Part shown: positions 28,055-37,615 of the stretch, one piece after another | Numbering within the stretch: the stretch's first letter is position 1 | Layout of the letters: each line of letters opens with the position of its first letter | Source: Nitrososphaerota archaeon | GTDB taxonomy: Archaea; Thermoproteota; Nitrososphaeria; Conexivisphaerales; DTJL01 | Length of the DNA: 64,000 nucleotides | Direction of reading: 5' to 3' | Assembly: GCA_021324115.1 (NCBI GenBank) | Contig: JAJPJS010000016.1 | Coordinates: 76,376-140,375, forward strand | Notes under the pieces: generated by a model | What the model saw: the letters and a program-made list of their open reading frames with translations, nothing else | Database searches by the model: none | Told to the model about the DNA's origin: nothing | Position numbers and translations under genes: made by a program

Positions 28055-28205
28055 AGCACTCGTTTAACCCGATTTCTTCTGCAAGCGCTCAGTTTTACTT
28101 GTTACATAACCAACACACGACCAGACGGCGTATGGAAGCGAAACATCTATGTAATCGGCCGAATCATATTATTAAATTCCTTATGCAGAGATAGGAAGTG
28201 AAGTA

Positions 28206-28970
28206 ATGACGGTGCGTTTGCAATCGGGGTACTACTTAAAGATCTTTCTCATCGCCATAGGCAGCTTCCTCTTCGCACTCGGGTTGATGCTGACCGATGA
28301 GCTGTTTCTCAGCATGAGTCTTTCATTCGGTAACTCCATACTCAAGACGCAGTACGATTATCCATTTCTCGGTTACGTGGGTGTGTGGCAGGCCTGGGAG
28401 ATAGATTTCAGTGTACTCACTGTGGCATTTCTAATGATGCTTTTAGCTTCGCTTCTGCATCCCACAACACAAGGTGCAGTAGTCGAATCGGACAAGGCAA
28501 CGGAGATACCTGGTATGAGGAGGAAGAGAACATTGGTTTTAGCCGCAGTCGTAGTGGTAGCCATTGTAGTTACGGGAACATTGGTGTACGTATATTCTGA
28601 CGTAAATGTTACTTCTGTCGAAGTGTATATTGCAACTCGTACGGTTTCTCAAAGCGGGTCCCTTCTGAATTCCACTGTGTTTCTCGCAGGCAGCGATACA
28701 AACGACAGGCTCCTCCCCCAAGGAGCTGGATTCAGCTATGTATGGATACAGCAGCCGATACCTGTAAGCGGATGTTCGAACTATATTCTCACAATCTCTT
28801 CCGCGAACATCAGAACTCCAGGCTTTTCAATTCTATACATGAGTCCTGTTCTTCCTTCTCCCATAGATAATACGAGGTCGAACTCGCTGGACTTTCAGAT
28901 CCAAACTCCGTCCCACTCATACAGCGGCGTCCTCGCAATATATCTGAATGAAACTGCGACGTGCCAGTGA
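28206..28970 (+). CDS. hypothetical membrane protein with extracellular beta-rich domain
   Basis: 254 aa with three predicted TM segments followed by a Ser/Thr-rich soluble part. No motif recognised. Confidence 0.5.
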   Translation: MTVRLQSGYYLKIFLIAIGSFLFALGLMLTDELFLSMSLSFGNSILKTQYDYPFLGYVGVWQAWEIDFSVLTVAFLMMLLASLLHPTTQGAVVESDKATEIPGMRRKRTLVLAAVVVVAIVVTGTLVYVYSDVNVTSVEVYIATRTVSQSGSLLNSTVFLAGSDTNDRLLPQGAGFSYVWIQQPIPVSGCSNYILTISSANIRTPGFSILYMSPVLPSPIDNTRSNSLDFQIQTPSHSYSGVLAIYLNETATCQ

Positions 28971-29064
28971 ACATTCTATTCACATTAATTGAACACGGTT
29001 TGAGCTCGACGACTCCGCCATTGTATCTTCAATTTAATCCTCGATAACCAAGCTGGTCGCTCGC

Positions 29065-29934
29065 TCAATCAAGTATGTATCTAAGAAGTTCGGGTTTTCC
29101 TCTTGTCGATACGTACAATCCCGATACGCCAGAATCCTCTATTCTTGATGCTACTTTCCGGGCTTCCCTTAGAAGTTCCGCCTCCCCTTTCATCGCCAAC
29201 CTTTCCAGTCTGGTCGAAATCTTCCAGCCAAATCTTTCCCGGCAGAATTTTATGTCTTGCGAATCACGAAATGGGAACACATTCAACATGACATTTTTGA
29301 TGAATCCAGTGGACTTCAGTAATCTCAGGTGCGCGCCAAGTGTTTCTTCGTCCGCCGTAGGCGGCTGGGCCAGGAGGGAATCTGCTCCAGCCTTCAGTCT
29401 GTGGCTTGCAAGACTCCTTCCCTTGGATCCGGAAAAACTGTCCAGATTAATAGGGGCAAGCACGACAGACTTATCATAAACTCTGCTAGCCAGCATCTTT
29501 GCATCGACTATAAGCTCAGCAAGTGATCCGTAATCGTACACGTTCTTGAATGCGTGGTTTCCTGCATATCTGTCCCCCCAGACCACCATGATGGACCTTA
29601 TGTTCTCCGAGAGTGCTGTCAGAATATGAGACCTGCACGCTACCTTATTCAAGTCCCTGGCCGTTATAACCGGGATAGCCTCCACGCCAAGTTCCTCCCT
29701 CAACCTGGCTGCAGCATGGATCGTCGACAACTTCACCCGGTCTTCCATTTTCAGGTCAGCAATAAGAAAGGCGTCAGCCAGGCCCTGTATTCGGCTCACC
29801 CTCTTTACAAAATCATTCATCTTCTGTTCTAGTCCGAAGATGGGCTCTTTTTCAGGGTCAACATCGTAGCTTGGCGGGAACACTTCTGCAATTCTCACGA
29901 ATGTCCCTTCGGACAGCTTTTCGGACAGATTCAT
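29065..29934 (-). CDS. methylenetetrahydrofolate-reductase-like (MetF/MTHFR family) protein
   Basis: 289 aa. The layout is MTHFR-like: VRIAEVFPPS..., IPVITARDLN..., IMVVWGDRY..., LLAQPPTADEE. The similarity is distant and judged from motif memory only. Confidence 0.55.
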   Translation of the reverse strand: MNLSEKLSEGTFVRIAEVFPPSYDVDPEKEPIFGLEQKMNDFVKRVSRIQGLADAFLIADLKMEDRVKLSTIHAAARLREELGVEAIPVITARDLNKVACRSHILTALSENIRSIMVVWGDRYAGNHAFKNVYDYGSLAELIVDAKMLASRVYDKSVVLAPINLDSFSGSKGRSLASHRLKAGADSLLAQPPTADEETLGAHLRLLKSTGFIKNVMLNVFPFRDSQDIKFCRERFGWKISTRLERLAMKGEAELLREARKVASRIEDSGVSGLYVSTRGKPELLRYILD

Positions 29935-29996
29935 CTAATTCCTGCCTTCCCTTTCCATTTGGCTATTATCCATTCATCAATCTGGTACAAATTGGT

Positions 29997-31229
29997 CTAC
30001 CCGCTGCGCGAGTGCTGCTCTCTTCCAAGAGCTGCTTCGGCTCTGCCCAATTCCAGAGCCAGGTATGAAAGTCGCCCCCTGTCTATCCCCAGCCTTCTAG
30101 CATCCTCGTTGAACGACTGAAGTATAGCCTCGGCTTTGACCGACCTGTATCTTCTGAGCACGCTGTGATCCATGCTGTAGTATGTGGCGATTATCTCCTT
30201 TGTTTCCCATTTTGTCTGCACAAGAAAATAGCCCGATTCCACGCCTACCGTCGGAGTCCGCGATAGGGATGCCTGTCTTGCTTCGCCGAAGAAAACATCG
30301 TTTCTGGCGATCGTCAGTACCGAATTCTTCTCTCGGGCCACCCATCTGTCCAAACTTCTCTGTCCACAATGAGGATGTACGAACTTCACCCTGTCTCCAA
30401 CAAGTCTTCTGGCTCTTTCCAGCACGCGCGATACTTCAGCCACGGATTCCACACGTGGACTCTGTGCGTCGAGTGCCCCGATTCCCAGAGACTGGTCGAA
30501 GCTTCTTCTGCCAACTTCATCCATGAGTTTAGGGTAGTGATAGAAATCCAGGGACAGCACATCTACCCCCGTTTTGGCCAGCATCCCGAACACTCTTACG
30601 GTATCACCGCAAGCATGTAGTACGACTGGCACCTTCGCGACCGACATTATATTTTCATAGAGTTCCACGAAATAATCTGCGGGGCTGCTTTCTGCGGATA
30701 TCTGAGGCGAATCTAGCTGGATATAAGATACCAGCCCTTCCTTCTGCAGGTCCTCAATTTCGGGTATCACTATTCGCCTGTTCACATCGATCGCAAGTTC
30801 ACGAACATTCCGATAAGTCGAAGTAGTCAGCTTTAGGAACTTTGCAAGGGTGTAGGCATCCGTGATTGGTTCCTTGATCTCGAACTGTTTTGGCAATGCA
30901 TCACGTGCCACCCTGACATCCGCAGCTCTCGCACTCGACAACCTCTCGATTCTCTTCTTCACATAGGCTTCGGAACCTTCCCAAACCACTCCCTTGACAA
31001 ATGCAGGGTCCAGAAAAAGCGAGTAAAGGTCCCCCCTGGTCTGGCCTGAGGATACGACCTCGATCCCCGATGAGAAGAAATCCCTGACCGCCTCCTCAGT
31101 ACTCCATACGAAGGGATCAAGCACATCATCCACACCTCTACTCTTCATCCTTTCGTAGTATTCGATATCTTCATGCCTTGGGAATACAGGATAGCTGCCT
31201 ATCGTCGTCGTGAGGGGGTGTCGTTTCAC
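29997..31229 (-). CDS. MetE-like (cobalamin-independent methionine synthase catalytic-domain family) protein with extra C-terminal module
   Basis: TTTIGSYPVFPR start, Zn-ligand-like VVLHACGDT (H-x-C) and VHPHCGQRS (Cys). The last roughly 95 aa (GYFLVQTKWETKEIIATYYS...LSYLALELGRAEAAL) form an added domain. Confidence 0.7.
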   Translation of the reverse strand: MKRHPLTTTIGSYPVFPRHEDIEYYERMKSRGVDDVLDPFVWSTEEAVRDFFSSGIEVVSSGQTRGDLYSLFLDPAFVKGVVWEGSEAYVKKRIERLSSARAADVRVARDALPKQFEIKEPITDAYTLAKFLKLTTSTYRNVRELAIDVNRRIVIPEIEDLQKEGLVSYIQLDSPQISAESSPADYFVELYENIMSVAKVPVVLHACGDTVRVFGMLAKTGVDVLSLDFYHYPKLMDEVGRRSFDQSLGIGALDAQSPRVESVAEVSRVLERARRLVGDRVKFVHPHCGQRSLDRWVAREKNSVLTIARNDVFFGEARQASLSRTPTVGVESGYFLVQTKWETKEIIATYYSMDHSVLRRYRSVKAEAILQSFNEDARRLGIDRGRLSYLALELGRAEAALGREQHSRSG

Positions 31230-31301
31230 CTTTTCTTCTCACTTCCTGGTTTTCCCCTTCCTTGCTGTCCCAGACGTGATCCTTCTGATGGTCCGGTCAT
31301 T

Positions 31302-32528
31302 TCACTTTAATGCCCTCCTGGCCATTTCGGCGCCATCGGCCACCAGCCCGAGCATTGAGTAGGCCACCTCGGGACTCCTGGTCCTCAACCCACAGTCTGG
31401 ATTTACATACAAATTCTTCGGAGAGATATCTGTTACCTTGGCGGCATATAGCACTCTGTCCCTCACTACGGCCAGAGCAGGAAGCCTGTCCGTGTGAACG
31501 TGTATGACGCCTATTCCAAGCTCCTTGTTGAACCCATATTCTCTGAAAAGTTTCAGGTCTTGGAAGCCGGGTCTGGAATCATCTGTCACGCCCCTGTTGA
31601 AGCTATCCCTGTTTGCGTATTCGAAGGAGAACCTGATGCAATTTTTCATATCCAGTATGTAAGGGAAAAGAAGTCCGTAGCCGTAGCGTGGCGGGTAACA
31701 ACTATGCACGCTGAATTTTGCATCGATCCCCTTCGTTGTCTCGTTGAATGCTTCAGTGACAAGCTTAGAGTCTTCCACCGTCTGATACTGGGTAGCTGCA
31801 GGGATGTCCATCTGAATTTCCTGAGCCCCGGCCACAACGAGTTCCCTAATGACCCTCCGGATGACCTTCGCTAGGTCCAGAACAAAGTCCCTTCTTGCGC
31901 CAAAACTGATGCTCGAGGGCGACAGCCCCGCGCCATGAGAAGAGGACCTCCGGCCTTCCCAGACCTTGACGTAGTGACTGTTATCAGACCATGCCATTAT
32001 TGTGATTGCATCAGTGACGGGAACCTTCAACTTCCTTTTAGCATGCTTCTTTGAAAGAAGAAACTCTTCCATATGATAGTTACCGGAAAAACGGGGTGGC
32101 CGAACGATGGAGGCTATGCGCCAGTACTTGTTATCGAAGCTCCTCACCCTACCAATGAACTCAAAGCCGTCTATACTGGAAACAGGAGTCTGATACATTT
32201 CGGTTCTTGCCTGCTCCCCACTCCAAATGAGGTCAAGACCCCTTTCAACTGAGATTCCGCTTCCGGCGGTTTCCTGCATTCTTATTGCGTAAAGAAGCGA
32301 AAATTCAACTATTCTCTTTTTTTCTTCATTTGAATATCCTTCACGCTTTGAAAGCAATCCCTTCAATTCATTCAGTGGTTTTTCATCAACTCCAAGCCTT
32401 CTCCCCCAGGAAATCGCAGACTTCACATCGTTATCATCCAGCCGAATCTTCATGAACGGCTTGGTCCTCCAACCGAATTTAGGAAGGCTACCGATCTCCT
32501 GTGTCGGAAACGGCTTTGACTGTCTCAT
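31302..32528 (-). CDS. metE: MetE C-terminal (catalytic, Zn-binding) domain-like protein
   Basis: 408 aa: PTQEIGSLPKF, FSVHSCYPP (H-x-C), VNPDCGLRTR (Cys ligand). There is a 4-nt overlap with the upstream gene. Confidence 0.7.
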   Translation of the reverse strand: MRQSKPFPTQEIGSLPKFGWRTKPFMKIRLDDNDVKSAISWGRRLGVDEKPLNELKGLLSKREGYSNEEKKRIVEFSLLYAIRMQETAGSGISVERGLDLIWSGEQARTEMYQTPVSSIDGFEFIGRVRSFDNKYWRIASIVRPPRFSGNYHMEEFLLSKKHAKRKLKVPVTDAITIMAWSDNSHYVKVWEGRRSSSHGAGLSPSSISFGARRDFVLDLAKVIRRVIRELVVAGAQEIQMDIPAATQYQTVEDSKLVTEAFNETTKGIDAKFSVHSCYPPRYGYGLLFPYILDMKNCIRFSFEYANRDSFNRGVTDDSRPGFQDLKLFREYGFNKELGIGVIHVHTDRLPALAVVRDRVLYAAKVTDISPKNLYVNPDCGLRTRSPEVAYSMLGLVADGAEMARRALK

Positions 32529-33550
32529 TTTGATCCATCTTCCTCTTCGAGAACGCTCCTGGTCTCAGCGAGTCGTCTCATTTTCTCGTCCGCCACCGTC
32601 CTCGGAACGTACCGAAGATCGCATGAAGGAGTTATCAGCACCCTGTGGTATTTCTCCAACGAGGGGATCTCGCGCAGCCTTCTCGACAGGACATCTACGG
32701 GTTCAACATAACCACTTCGTCCGTTGGCTACGCCTGCGATCAGCCCCTTCTTTGATTTGGGCAGCTTTCTCGCGTCTGTCTCGGTGAGATCTACACCAAC
32801 GTCATCTACAGGAATCTCGAACAGTTCAGGAAAGTATGGAGCTGCATCCCCGAAAAAGGGCAGGTAACCTGATTCCAAACCCGTTTTTTTCAGCGACTCC
32901 CTCACCGCAAGCGAAACCTGCGCAAAATCTTCCCGGGATAGGCGGCCCTCTCGGAATCTCGCGACCAGGCTCGGGGCCGAATATTGTACATAGGAAACAC
33001 CATGTTTTCCAAGGTGGTTCAGCTCTTCCCGTATCGCGCCGGCATATGCAAACATCAGCCTTTCCTTGCTCCCATAGTATTCATCTTCCGAGAGTTCTGC
33101 AAAGGTAAGCGGGTCCGGGATGACCACCTTCAAGGGGTTGGAATCAGAAATCAGGCTTGTTTCGATACTCCTCCAGACCGCATCGCCTGGTGCCACAATT
33201 TCACTCTGCACAACGGGTGCGTAAAAGAATGTGTTTGTATTGAACCATCTGATGAGTGGACCCTTCTTTACCCCCTTGAAGAAGCTTGTGAACGGCGTGA
33301 AGATATCCTGCCAGGCCATGGTCAGCTGTCCATCGGACAGAAAATCAAATGAAAGCTCCTTCTGAAGTTTCACAAGTTGCCCAACGTCTCTATCAAACAT
33401 TTCTCTGAGGAGGTGTGCTCCTATCCTTCCCCTCTCCCAGTCCTGCGTGGCCTGCACCGTCTCTTCCATCCTAGGATGACATCCTGTAAGGCTCAGCAAA
33501 AATCTAGTCAGTTTGTTCCAACTCCATGTATAACAGCCTGTAGCGAGCAA
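32525..33550 (-). CDS. MetE N-terminal-domain-like protein (no Zn H-x-C motif)
   Basis: 341 aa. LTGCHPRMEETVQATQDWERG resembles the MetE N-terminal GFPRxG...YW segment. The H-x-C motif is absent. LITPSCDLRY is present. Confidence 0.6.
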   Translation of the reverse strand: MLATGCYTWSWNKLTRFLLSLTGCHPRMEETVQATQDWERGRIGAHLLREMFDRDVGQLVKLQKELSFDFLSDGQLTMAWQDIFTPFTSFFKGVKKGPLIRWFNTNTFFYAPVVQSEIVAPGDAVWRSIETSLISDSNPLKVVIPDPLTFAELSEDEYYGSKERLMFAYAGAIREELNHLGKHGVSYVQYSAPSLVARFREGRLSREDFAQVSLAVRESLKKTGLESGYLPFFGDAAPYFPELFEIPVDDVGVDLTETDARKLPKSKKGLIAGVANGRSGYVEPVDVLSRRLREIPSLEKYHRVLITPSCDLRYVPRTVADEKMRRLAETRSVLEEEDGSK

Positions 33551-33647
33551 GTCGAGTGTTAATTAATCTGTTGCTTCGTATGCGGTTATTGCGTTTAGCA
33601 CCTGCATCCAGTCAAAGGACTGCAAGAGATCAACTTGGCTAACGGCA

Positions 33648-34091
33648 TCACTTTGAAAAATACAGGCCGATAAAGTAAAACGCATATGCCGCGATAAAGC
33701 TCCCTCCCATCTGCATCGAGCTGCCACCCGAGCTGAAGCCCGACAGGACAAAGAGATACCCCCCAATTCCTGCGGAAAGTACGAAGAACAAACCGAGCAA
33801 GGAGGCTAACTTGACGTTTCTTCTATCGTGTCTCAGCGATACCACAAGAACACCCACCCCGGACAGGACGATCAGCATTCCTTCGATGGCGTGCCACACC
33901 AGGAATGGTCCCTGCATCCCAACGGTCTGGAAAAAGCCTGTCAGCGACTGAATTACACCGCTTTTGGGTGATGTCGTAACGAAAACATTAACGAAGTCTC
34001 CAGTCCATGCCTGCAGTGAAAGCAGCACAAGTGTAGCTACAACGGACAGCCTGTAAGGTCTCCACGACACGGATTCAGGTGTATTCCTCAT
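33648..34091 (-). CDS. hypothetical 4-TM membrane protein
   Basis: 147 aa with four hydrophobic segments. Confidence 0.5.
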   Translation of the reverse strand: MRNTPESVSWRPYRLSVVATLVLLSLQAWTGDFVNVFVTTSPKSGVIQSLTGFFQTVGMQGPFLVWHAIEGMLIVLSGVGVLVVSLRHDRRNVKLASLLGLFFVLSAGIGGYLFVLSGFSSGGSSMQMGGSFIAAYAFYFIGLYFSK

Positions 34092-34187
34092 GCTTCATGT
34101 CGTCCTTTTTACCATTATTTATTTAATCTATCGGGCCTGAGCCTGCACCAGCACTGCGGGATTTGGTGCCGGAATCGTCTTAAGACA

Positions 34188-34703
34188 GTGGTACTCCGAG
34201 TTTGCCCAATGACAGCATGTCCGCGCTGCGGCCTGACGGTGGCCGACAGCGACGTGTACTGCCAGTACTGTGGAGAGAGGATAGTCCTCGCCGCAGCTAC
34301 GTCAGGAACACCGGCCAAGGCCACCGACAGCCAAGTCCCCAGCACCTCAGGATCAGCAAGGCCAGCTTCAGTCCAGAAAAAGAGAGCTCCAAGGAAGAAG
34401 AAGCAGACACAGGCGGAAAAACAGGTCCAGACCACATCCTGTCCTGCTTGCGGGTACCCCGTTCCTCCGACCGCATTTTTCTGTCCTCACTGCAACGCAC
34501 CTGTGGTGGAGGGTAGCAGACCACCCTCTCAGAATTTACCTCCTTCTCAACAAAAGACCGTCAAAGAAGCGCCAAGCGATCTTCTGGGGAGAGTAAACTT
34601 CTGGCTGTCCACGAGGAATGACAAGATGGTGAGGAACCTGATCTTTGTACTCGCAGCCATGATACTTCTTCTAATAATTGCTCTCGTCTTTGTTTATTTA
34701 TGA
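34188..34703 (+). CDS. double zinc-ribbon protein with C-terminal TM anchor
   Basis: Two ribbons, CPRCG...CQYCG and CPACG...CPHCN, separated by a basic/Ser-rich linker. The C-terminal TM is LIFVLAAMILLLIIALVFVYL. Confidence 0.6.
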   Translation: MVLRVCPMTACPRCGLTVADSDVYCQYCGERIVLAAATSGTPAKATDSQVPSTSGSARPASVQKKRAPRKKKQTQAEKQVQTTSCPACGYPVPPTAFFCPHCNAPVVEGSRPPSQNLPPSQQKTVKEAPSDLLGRVNFWLSTRNDKMVRNLIFVLAAMILLLIIALVFVYL

Positions 34704-34759
34704 TGATTCGCCTGCTCAACCTTTTCCGAAACAACCCTTAAAGGTCGCCTGTTTACTGT

Positions 34760-35137
34760 TTGCATAGGATGAACTATAAGCCCAAAGGAAGTGTGGAGCC
34801 AAAAAAGGTGGACAGGGCAAGTGGCACTCAGATTGAATGGCTTGTCGACCGGAATGATGGCGCACCAAACTTCGAGATGAGGAAGTTTACAATAAAATCC
34901 GGCGGAAGAATCCCAAGGCATTACCATCCCGATATAGAGCATGAACAGTACGTAATAAAAGGCAGGTACAAGGTTGGGATCGATGAGCAGACCTTCGAAG
35001 TTGCGGAAGGTGACTCTCTCTTCATCCCGGCAGGTTCTGTTCACTGGTATGAAAACACCGGAAGTTCGGATGCGGAATTCCTCTGCATAGTTCCGAAGAA
35101 AGAAGACTACAAATCCATCTACTTGGAAAAAGAATGA
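34760..35137 (+). CDS. cupin-domain protein
   Basis: 125 aa: GGRIPRHYHPDIEHEQYVIKG ... GDSLFIPAGSVHWYEN, which fits the cupin motifs. Confidence 0.75.
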   Translation: MHRMNYKPKGSVEPKKVDRASGTQIEWLVDRNDGAPNFEMRKFTIKSGGRIPRHYHPDIEHEQYVIKGRYKVGIDEQTFEVAEGDSLFIPAGSVHWYENTGSSDAEFLCIVPKKEDYKSIYLEKE

Positions 35138-35206
35138 TATTTGTGCTCAGATCAGGCGCGTTCTGGTTTCATACAAAAATGTTTGAATTATAAACCGACA
35201 CATCTA

Positions 35207-36181
35207 TCACGGAAGAGAGATCATCATCTTGGTTCCGTCTCTGGTAGATTGCACCCTGTTCTGATATATCAGGTCATAAAGTACAGAATTGAATAGAGGA
35301 AGAAGCTTCTTTGGAAACTGGTCTTCAAAAGAAGATTCCAGTTTTTGTTTTGGCATCTTCCCTCCGATCGAGAGTGAAAGTATTATCCACTCACTGACAT
35401 TCTTTTTTATCTGGAGAAAGTCGCGGTCAGCCTCGCCTATCGCGGGGCTACCGTGGGCGGTCAGTGCTTCCACGTCCTTCTGTGCCATGATGGTTCCCAC
35501 ACGCCTTATGTCTTCAAGCGTAATGGAAGAAGAATCCATAATCAGCCTTATCGGTGGACCGGGTACCGATGGCTGTGGCTGGACGGATTGCTGCGTGGGG
35601 GCGGGCGGAGCAATCACTGGGTCTGATGCAGGCAGTTCCGTAACTGCCGGCTCTTTTGGATTCAATCCATTGGCGAAGGTGATGTTTCGCAATTGGTGAC
35701 GCAGAAGGATGCTGCCCAGGACAATAAGCCAAACCGCGGATGTAACACCCGTAAGGGCCAGGGGCACCTCTCCTGCCAGAATACCGCTCTCTATTGCCAC
35801 AAAATAGGGAGTCCCAAGCTGCAGGTAGAGAATAACAGCCAATCCAGCCACCAATACGACCGCACCAGCTCTAGCCTTGGTGAATCCCAATTTTGCCATT
35901 TCATCCTGTCTTTTCTCGACCGCGAAGTCGAACAGGACATATCCAAGCACAAAAATAGATAATGCGAAGGCAACCCATGTGACGAGAGCCACCCCGAAGT
36001 TTGCCGGCACACCCGACTCGAGAGTACCCATGGGTGTCGTGACGAACAGAAGGAACAAAAGCAGAACGGCACCCACGATAGACGGGACAAAGTAGTACCT
36101 TGCCAAGCCGGCACTCCACCCTTCCAAGGTCAGCACTTTACACAACGTGACATGGTGTCGGTTTAATAAACGAATTCGCAA
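35207..36181 (-). CDS. membrane protein with conserved unknown C-terminal domain (paralog of 51112-51963)
   Basis: It has N-terminal TM helices, a Pro/Gln-rich linker and a C-terminal RDFLQIKKNVSEWIILSLSIGGKMPKQKLESSFEDQFPKKLLPLFNSVLYDLIYQNRV. This aligns by eye with the tail of the 51112-51963 product. Confidence 0.6.
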   Translation of the reverse strand: MRIRLLNRHHVTLCKVLTLEGWSAGLARYYFVPSIVGAVLLLFLLFVTTPMGTLESGVPANFGVALVTWVAFALSIFVLGYVLFDFAVEKRQDEMAKLGFTKARAGAVVLVAGLAVILYLQLGTPYFVAIESGILAGEVPLALTGVTSAVWLIVLGSILLRHQLRNITFANGLNPKEPAVTELPASDPVIAPPAPTQQSVQPQPSVPGPPIRLIMDSSSITLEDIRRVGTIMAQKDVEALTAHGSPAIGEADRDFLQIKKNVSEWIILSLSIGGKMPKQKLESSFEDQFPKKLLPLFNSVLYDLIYQNRVQSTRDGTKMMISLP

Positions 36182-36224
36182 AGAACGGTCTATAAGCTGT
36201 GCAAATGCCGGTTTACAAGGGAAT

Positions 36225-37364
36225 TCATATGATTCTTCTCTTTATGCTCGTTCTGCTCGACCTGATCCCGCTTTTCGAATCGTCCAATCCGAGGGAGTGA
36301 AGTACATCTTTCGTATCCCTCCCGAGTTCCGGAGCGCGTTTTCTGAGGGCCTTCGCACGCTCGCCGTTGAATTTAAGCGGAGAGAATAGTATCCCGGCAC
36401 CCTTCTCAAAAACCGAGCCACCAAAGGCAGAGTTCAGTGCTTCACTTATGTCCAGGACAGGGGTAGCGCACGTTTCACTTTTCAGAAGAATGCTGCTCCA
36501 TTCGTCTCTTGTTTTCTGCCTGAATATTTTTGCGAGTGCGAACCTAGCCCGTTTCCTGTCCTTCACGCTTCCAAACATCAACCTTTCGAGTTCTGGCGCC
36601 CCCAAGATCTTCAGTAAATTATTGCGGAACTCCTTCTCGATGGCTGCTACCGCGATGTACCTGTTATCTTTGGTTCTGTAAATATTGTAGTATGCTTCCT
36701 GACCGTAGAGCAGGCCGCTGAGCTCCGAGGGACTGTTCTCAAGATACGATGCTGTGTGCAGAATAAGAAGTGAAGTTAGTGACTGGACGATGGGCACATC
36801 AATATGGACCGCCTTTCTGGGCATTCTCGTGAGTGCTGCAAGTATGCCTATTGCAGCGTACAGTCCTGCTACAAAATCTGCATATTGAACTCCAGGGAAT
36901 GACGGTTTCTCAGAGTAGCTGAACACGCCGCTCATTGCCTGAAAATTGATATCGTGTCCGGGGATACGGCTCATCGGGTCGCCCGCCCCGAAGGCTGTTA
37001 TGGAACAGTATACGATGCCGGGGTTGTATCGCTTTACTTCGGAAAAAGAGAATCCGAGTCTCTCCATGACGCCCGGCCTGAATCCCTCGATGAATACATC
37101 GGCCCACTTCACAAGCCTCCGCATCGCTTCTCTCCCTCGTTCTTTCTTCAGGTCAAGGGCCACGCTTCTTTTGTTTCTGTTGACTATCGTATGAAACGGG
37201 CTGACACCGTCGACAAGCGGGGGTGCCATCCTCATGTAATCCCCGACTCCTGGCTCCTCAACTTTGATCACATCCGCTCCCAGGTCTGCCAGAATCATGG
37301 AGCAGAAGCCGCCAGGCAGAAGACGCGAAGCATCCAGAACCTTTATCCCAGATACAGGCTCCAT
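36225..37364 (-). CDS. family III CoA-transferase (CaiB/BaiF / acyl-CoA racemase type)
   Basis: MEPVSGIKVLDASRLLPGGFCSMILADLGADVIKVEEPGVGDYMR ... IPGHDINFQAMSG. Confidence 0.85.
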   Translation of the reverse strand: MEPVSGIKVLDASRLLPGGFCSMILADLGADVIKVEEPGVGDYMRMAPPLVDGVSPFHTIVNRNKRSVALDLKKERGREAMRRLVKWADVFIEGFRPGVMERLGFSFSEVKRYNPGIVYCSITAFGAGDPMSRIPGHDINFQAMSGVFSYSEKPSFPGVQYADFVAGLYAAIGILAALTRMPRKAVHIDVPIVQSLTSLLILHTASYLENSPSELSGLLYGQEAYYNIYRTKDNRYIAVAAIEKEFRNNLLKILGAPELERLMFGSVKDRKRARFALAKIFRQKTRDEWSSILLKSETCATPVLDISEALNSAFGGSVFEKGAGILFSPLKFNGERAKALRKRAPELGRDTKDVLHSLGLDDSKSGIRSSRTSIKRRII

Positions 37365-37615
37365 GCATCACACCATGTCGGAGGGGTCAATATATCTTGG
37401 CTTTTGATGCGTGCATTGAGGTCCTTGTCTTCACTGTACTATCGGTACTACTCTCGTGTCCAGATAGGTGAAGATCTAGATCGCTACCGAAACGCATCTG
37501 TCCATCTTGCTTCGCTGGTCCCTTCATCCCCGTTTGAACAGGGCGTTAGCTGTTATCGTAAGAAGATAATTCATTGATACATATATTTTTAAGCCAATTG
37601 AACTCTACACGGCTT

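Noticed and set aside
36954-37577. 207-aa plus-strand ORF.
   Set aside because: It is antisense to the CoA-transferase gene, which has strong family motifs. It has no motifs of its own.
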